Source: Lingula anatina
Lineage: Eukaryota; Animalia; Brachiopoda
Direction of reading: 5' to 3'
Assembly (NCBI GenBank): GCA_051362555.1
Contig: CM120642.1
Location: 7,812,001-7,876,000 of the forward strand
Length of the DNA stretch: 64,000 bases
Below, one piece after another: positions 62,401-64,000 of this stretch. Position numbers and translations under genes: made by a program. The notes under the pieces were generated by a model. The model had not been told where the DNA came from. It saw nothing but the letters and a program-made list of their open reading frames with translations, and ran no database searches. The stretch's first letter is position 1. The number at the start of each line of letters is the position of its first letter.

Positions 62401-64000
62401 TTCAAAGCCCAATTAGCATGCGGTTGTGGAGCAAGAAAGAACTCAATTACGGTGATGTATTTCTACTTAGTTCTATAAACAAATGTGTTAGCTTTACGTT
62501 TCAACTTCAATACCTGCAAATATTTCTATTTCAGTGAGCAATACCCTGCACTCTACGCCTAGTACAAGCTTAACAAACAACCTGAAGAACACTTAACTCA
62601 CTCACAGGTTGATTTCTGCAGGTTGCAGATTGTTTTTGCTTTTTTAATTCAGTGGAAGAGCAGTTTATATCGGGTGGCATGCAGAAATTGTTATCGGCCA
62701 AGCCTGATCATTAAACACCCGTTATACATCGAGTGTTCGCGACGGCTTCGAGAGCGCAATTGGCCTCACCTTCACGATGTTGATTGTGGGCAATTCAAAA
62801 TCAGTTCTGGAAGAGGATGCTAGTACCTTAAACATAAGACACAGCGCCAATCACACATAATGCGTTTGTTGAAATAGAAGCATGGCCCAGAATTCGATAT
62901 CCGTGGACAGATGGGCGCACTTTATTTGCATTTATCACAACTCTGATTGTTTTCATTCTCTTTGCCCATTTACGTTTGGATTTGTCTATTAATTTTTTCG
63001 ACGATACAGCTTTGTCTTTCAGGTGTACAATGTTGTGTTTAATCACACATTAAGTGTATACACAAGTATTTGACTTATACTACGAGTTACATTTATAAAA
63101 AAAGGACTTGGGTTCTAACACATGTTTGATATTCCTCTGAGTGGTACATTTTACGTGTACAAATATATCGTTTGTAGGCTCTGTTGTATCAAATAATCTT
63201 CTATAATCACTGCTGTTTTGATATCATAAAAATCATCAGATTTCGGCTAAGAGAAAGAGCAAATGAAAGCATTATCCATCCCCTTCACATAAGTTGAATA
63301 GCAGGCAAACTCTTTTTACATTACATTAATCGATACAGTCGGAAATTCAAATACAAACCTTTAGTTAATACTCGAGCCTAGGCTTGGCCGAATTTTTTTG
63401 CGGCTTTTCATACAATATACATGTATATGTATATGTATCTTAATTCTGGTGTATTTGTTTGTAATAAAAACTGATTCTGTTGTACAAAACATTCTGAACA
63501 CGTATATGTACGTGTAGCAGTAACTTGACGTAGCTAGATTACAGCCCTAATACTGGCATTATATATGGAATTGTGCCATTATATAGCAAAAGTATAATTT
63601 TCAGAAAGATTTCAAAACTTTTCCATTAATCACCAACATATATCATAGCCACAACCTGTCACAGAATTACGCTCCATGCAACCGTTTTTTAGTTCTAAGT
63701 TTCTGATTTTTTATTTATTCTCTTAATGGACATACATATAATATATCACACACGTGGAAATAAAACTCAAAAATAGGTTTGTACATAATACTTTTCCAAA
63801 TCGTTTTGAAGAGGGCATACCTTGGTGATGAGAAGGTAAATTGATTAATTTGCTATTAACGTCTACCGCACATTGTTGTCCTTTAAAACTGACTTTGACC
63901 TACTTATTTCACATCTTATCCCGGCGAATCCTGCGACGCATGAACACGAGAACTGGTTGTCCCCATCCGTGCACGTTCCTAGGTTTAGGCATGGGTTACT
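36938..64000 (-). CDS. Large mosaic SRCR (DMBT1-like) extracellular protein: 3' 39 exons, ~2750 codons in window, 5' end beyond the window
   Basis: Exons: 64000-63904, 61788-61675, 61062-60739, 60478-60179, 59828-59505, 58998-58693, 58338-58190, 57849-57725, 57521-57400, 56960-56616, 56118-55970, 55438-55162, 54604-54447, 53990-53866, 53275-53142, 52869-52679, 52404-52248, 51727-51473, 51156-50923, 50570-50235, 49785-49648, 49073-48879, 48539-48231, 47428-47093, 46896-46555, 46364-46212, 45796-45623, 45486-45357, 44669-44485, 43990-43839, 43335-43155, 42687-42436, 42113-41892, 41453-41294, 40889-40769, 40460-40320, 40040-39794, 37752-37450, 37224-36938. All introns are GT-AG and phase-compatible. 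The hand-summed length is 8250 nt, a multiple of 3, ending in TAA at 36938. Confidence 0.88.
38015..39673 (-). mobile_element. Full-length but decayed Tc1-family (DD34E) DNA transposon in an intron of the mosaic gene
   Basis: TA target duplications at 38013-14 and 39674-75. TIRs of ~27 bp: CAGGGTTACTAATTAATATGGAATATT and AATATTCCATATTAAGTGGTAACCCTG. Transposase remnants at ~39355-38331 include [23 protein letters not shown] and [15 protein letters not shown], interrupted by a stop and frameshifts. Confidence 0.95.
39794..41453 (-). CDS. Fibrinogen-C-domain N-terminal-like module with a divergent continuation, then an EGF domain
   Basis: SCQEIRES...TGWYRL...[16 protein letters not shown], then two unrecognised exons, then [12 protein letters not shown]...[14 protein letters not shown]. 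Confidence 0.75.
41892..43990 (-). CDS. CUB domain 2 plus two PAN/Apple domains
   Basis: [20 protein letters not shown]|[14 protein letters not shown]...FCG...[11 protein letters not shown] patterns [19 protein letters not shown]...CYM and [17 protein letters not shown]...RCTL. Confidence 0.88.
43616..43682. repeat. (AT)n microsatellite; others are (AT)n ~53405-53477 and ~11008, (CA)n ~5272, ~30793 and ~59377, (GA)n ~25989 and ~32728, and poly-A/T runs ~105, ~14719, ~29857 and ~39702
   Basis: Directly visible simple repeats. Confidence 0.95.
44485..50570 (-). CDS. SRCR domains 6-12 (three of them split over two exons)
   Basis: Repeated GRVE/GRLE, WGTIC, A.V.C..LG, C.G.E.SI..C and AGV.C motifs in ten exons. 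Confidence 0.92.
50923..52869 (-). CDS. CUB domain 1 plus two PAN/Apple domains
   Basis: [11 protein letters not shown]...CTKDYVE|VRDG...IGKYCG...LWVKFVSD...GF. PAN patterns [19 protein letters not shown]...CYM and [17 protein letters not shown]...RCYL. Confidence 0.88.
53142..54604 (-). CDS. C-type lectin domain 2 (3 exons) with an EPN motif
   Basis: [20 protein letters not shown]...AQRDC...ADLV; WHIGMS...FQWVDGT; [13 protein letters not shown]...LSDCVC...YTCKK. Confidence 0.88.
55162..56960 (-). CDS. SRCR domain 5 (56960-56616) followed by a Methyltransf_FA-like domain (56118-55970, 55438-55162)
   Basis: [15 protein letters not shown]...[16 protein letters not shown]|[19 protein letters not shown]...[14 protein letters not shown]...LEVGQGE...[17 protein letters not shown]. 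The motifs NDxHxxL, YEIVIxGWGNTxSxIR and FRxFW are typical of this domain. Confidence 0.85.
57400..58338 (-). CDS. C-type lectin domain 1 (3 exons)
   Basis: [15 protein letters not shown]...WTQAHDHC...AELVSF; YMIGLSD...FIWLDGT; [13 protein letters not shown]...C...NFVCEK. Confidence 0.9.
58693..61062 (-). CDS. SRCR domains 1-4 (in-window numbering), one exon each
   Basis: YGRVE...WGT, ICDDNW...ATVACK, IWL..V.C.G.E.SL..C and H..DAGVIC motifs in exons of 300-324 nt. Confidence 0.92.
61675..64000 (-). CDS. Two Notch-type EGF exons of the mosaic gene (64000-63904 partial; 61788-61675)
   Basis: [32 protein letters not shown] and [37 protein letters not shown]. The complete exon is a 114-nt phase 1-1 module. 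Confidence 0.9.

Noticed and set aside
62590-62830. GC-richer stretch with possible splice signals inside the EGF-EGF intron
   Set aside because: No domain-like translation was found, and the flanking EGF exons already join in phase 1.
1-64000. Prokaryotic systems such as CRISPR arrays, operons or defence islands
   Set aside because: The sequence is spliceosomal-intron-rich eukaryotic DNA, and no regularly spaced repeat-spacer array was seen.

Overview
This is AT-rich, intron-containing eukaryotic DNA with microsatellites and Tc1/MITE/Helentron-type repeats. The domain content suggests a marine invertebrate, probably a lophotrochozoan; this is an inference. The ORF track is mostly noise, so genes were rebuilt by hand from GT-AG boundaries and codon phase. 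(1) 1.4-20.3 kb, minus strand: a tandem family of three complete 5-exon genes plus one ectodomain-less 3-exon copy. They encode predicted type II membrane proteins with a tyrosine-containing N-terminal tail, one hydrophobic segment, a micro-exon stalk and a farnesoic-acid-O-methyltransferase-like (Methyltransf_FA) domain with two hypervariable patches. (2) 11.45-14.96 kb, minus strand, inside that array: an unrecognised cysteine-rich gene with furin-type RRKR and REKR sites. (3) 27.9-29.0 kb, plus strand: a class A GPCR with an intronless coding region. (4) 36.9-64.0 kb, minus strand: the 3' 39 exons (about 2750 codons, 5' end outside the window) of a large mosaic extracellular protein. Its order is EGF2-SRCR4-CTL-SRCR-Methyltransf_FA-CTL-CUB-PAN2-SRCR7-CUB-PAN2-fibrinogen-N-like-EGF-WSC-like-PAN, and one intron carries a decayed Tc1 transposon. 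Together the window looks like an innate-recognition locus. Domain names come from motif recognition only; no database search was run.
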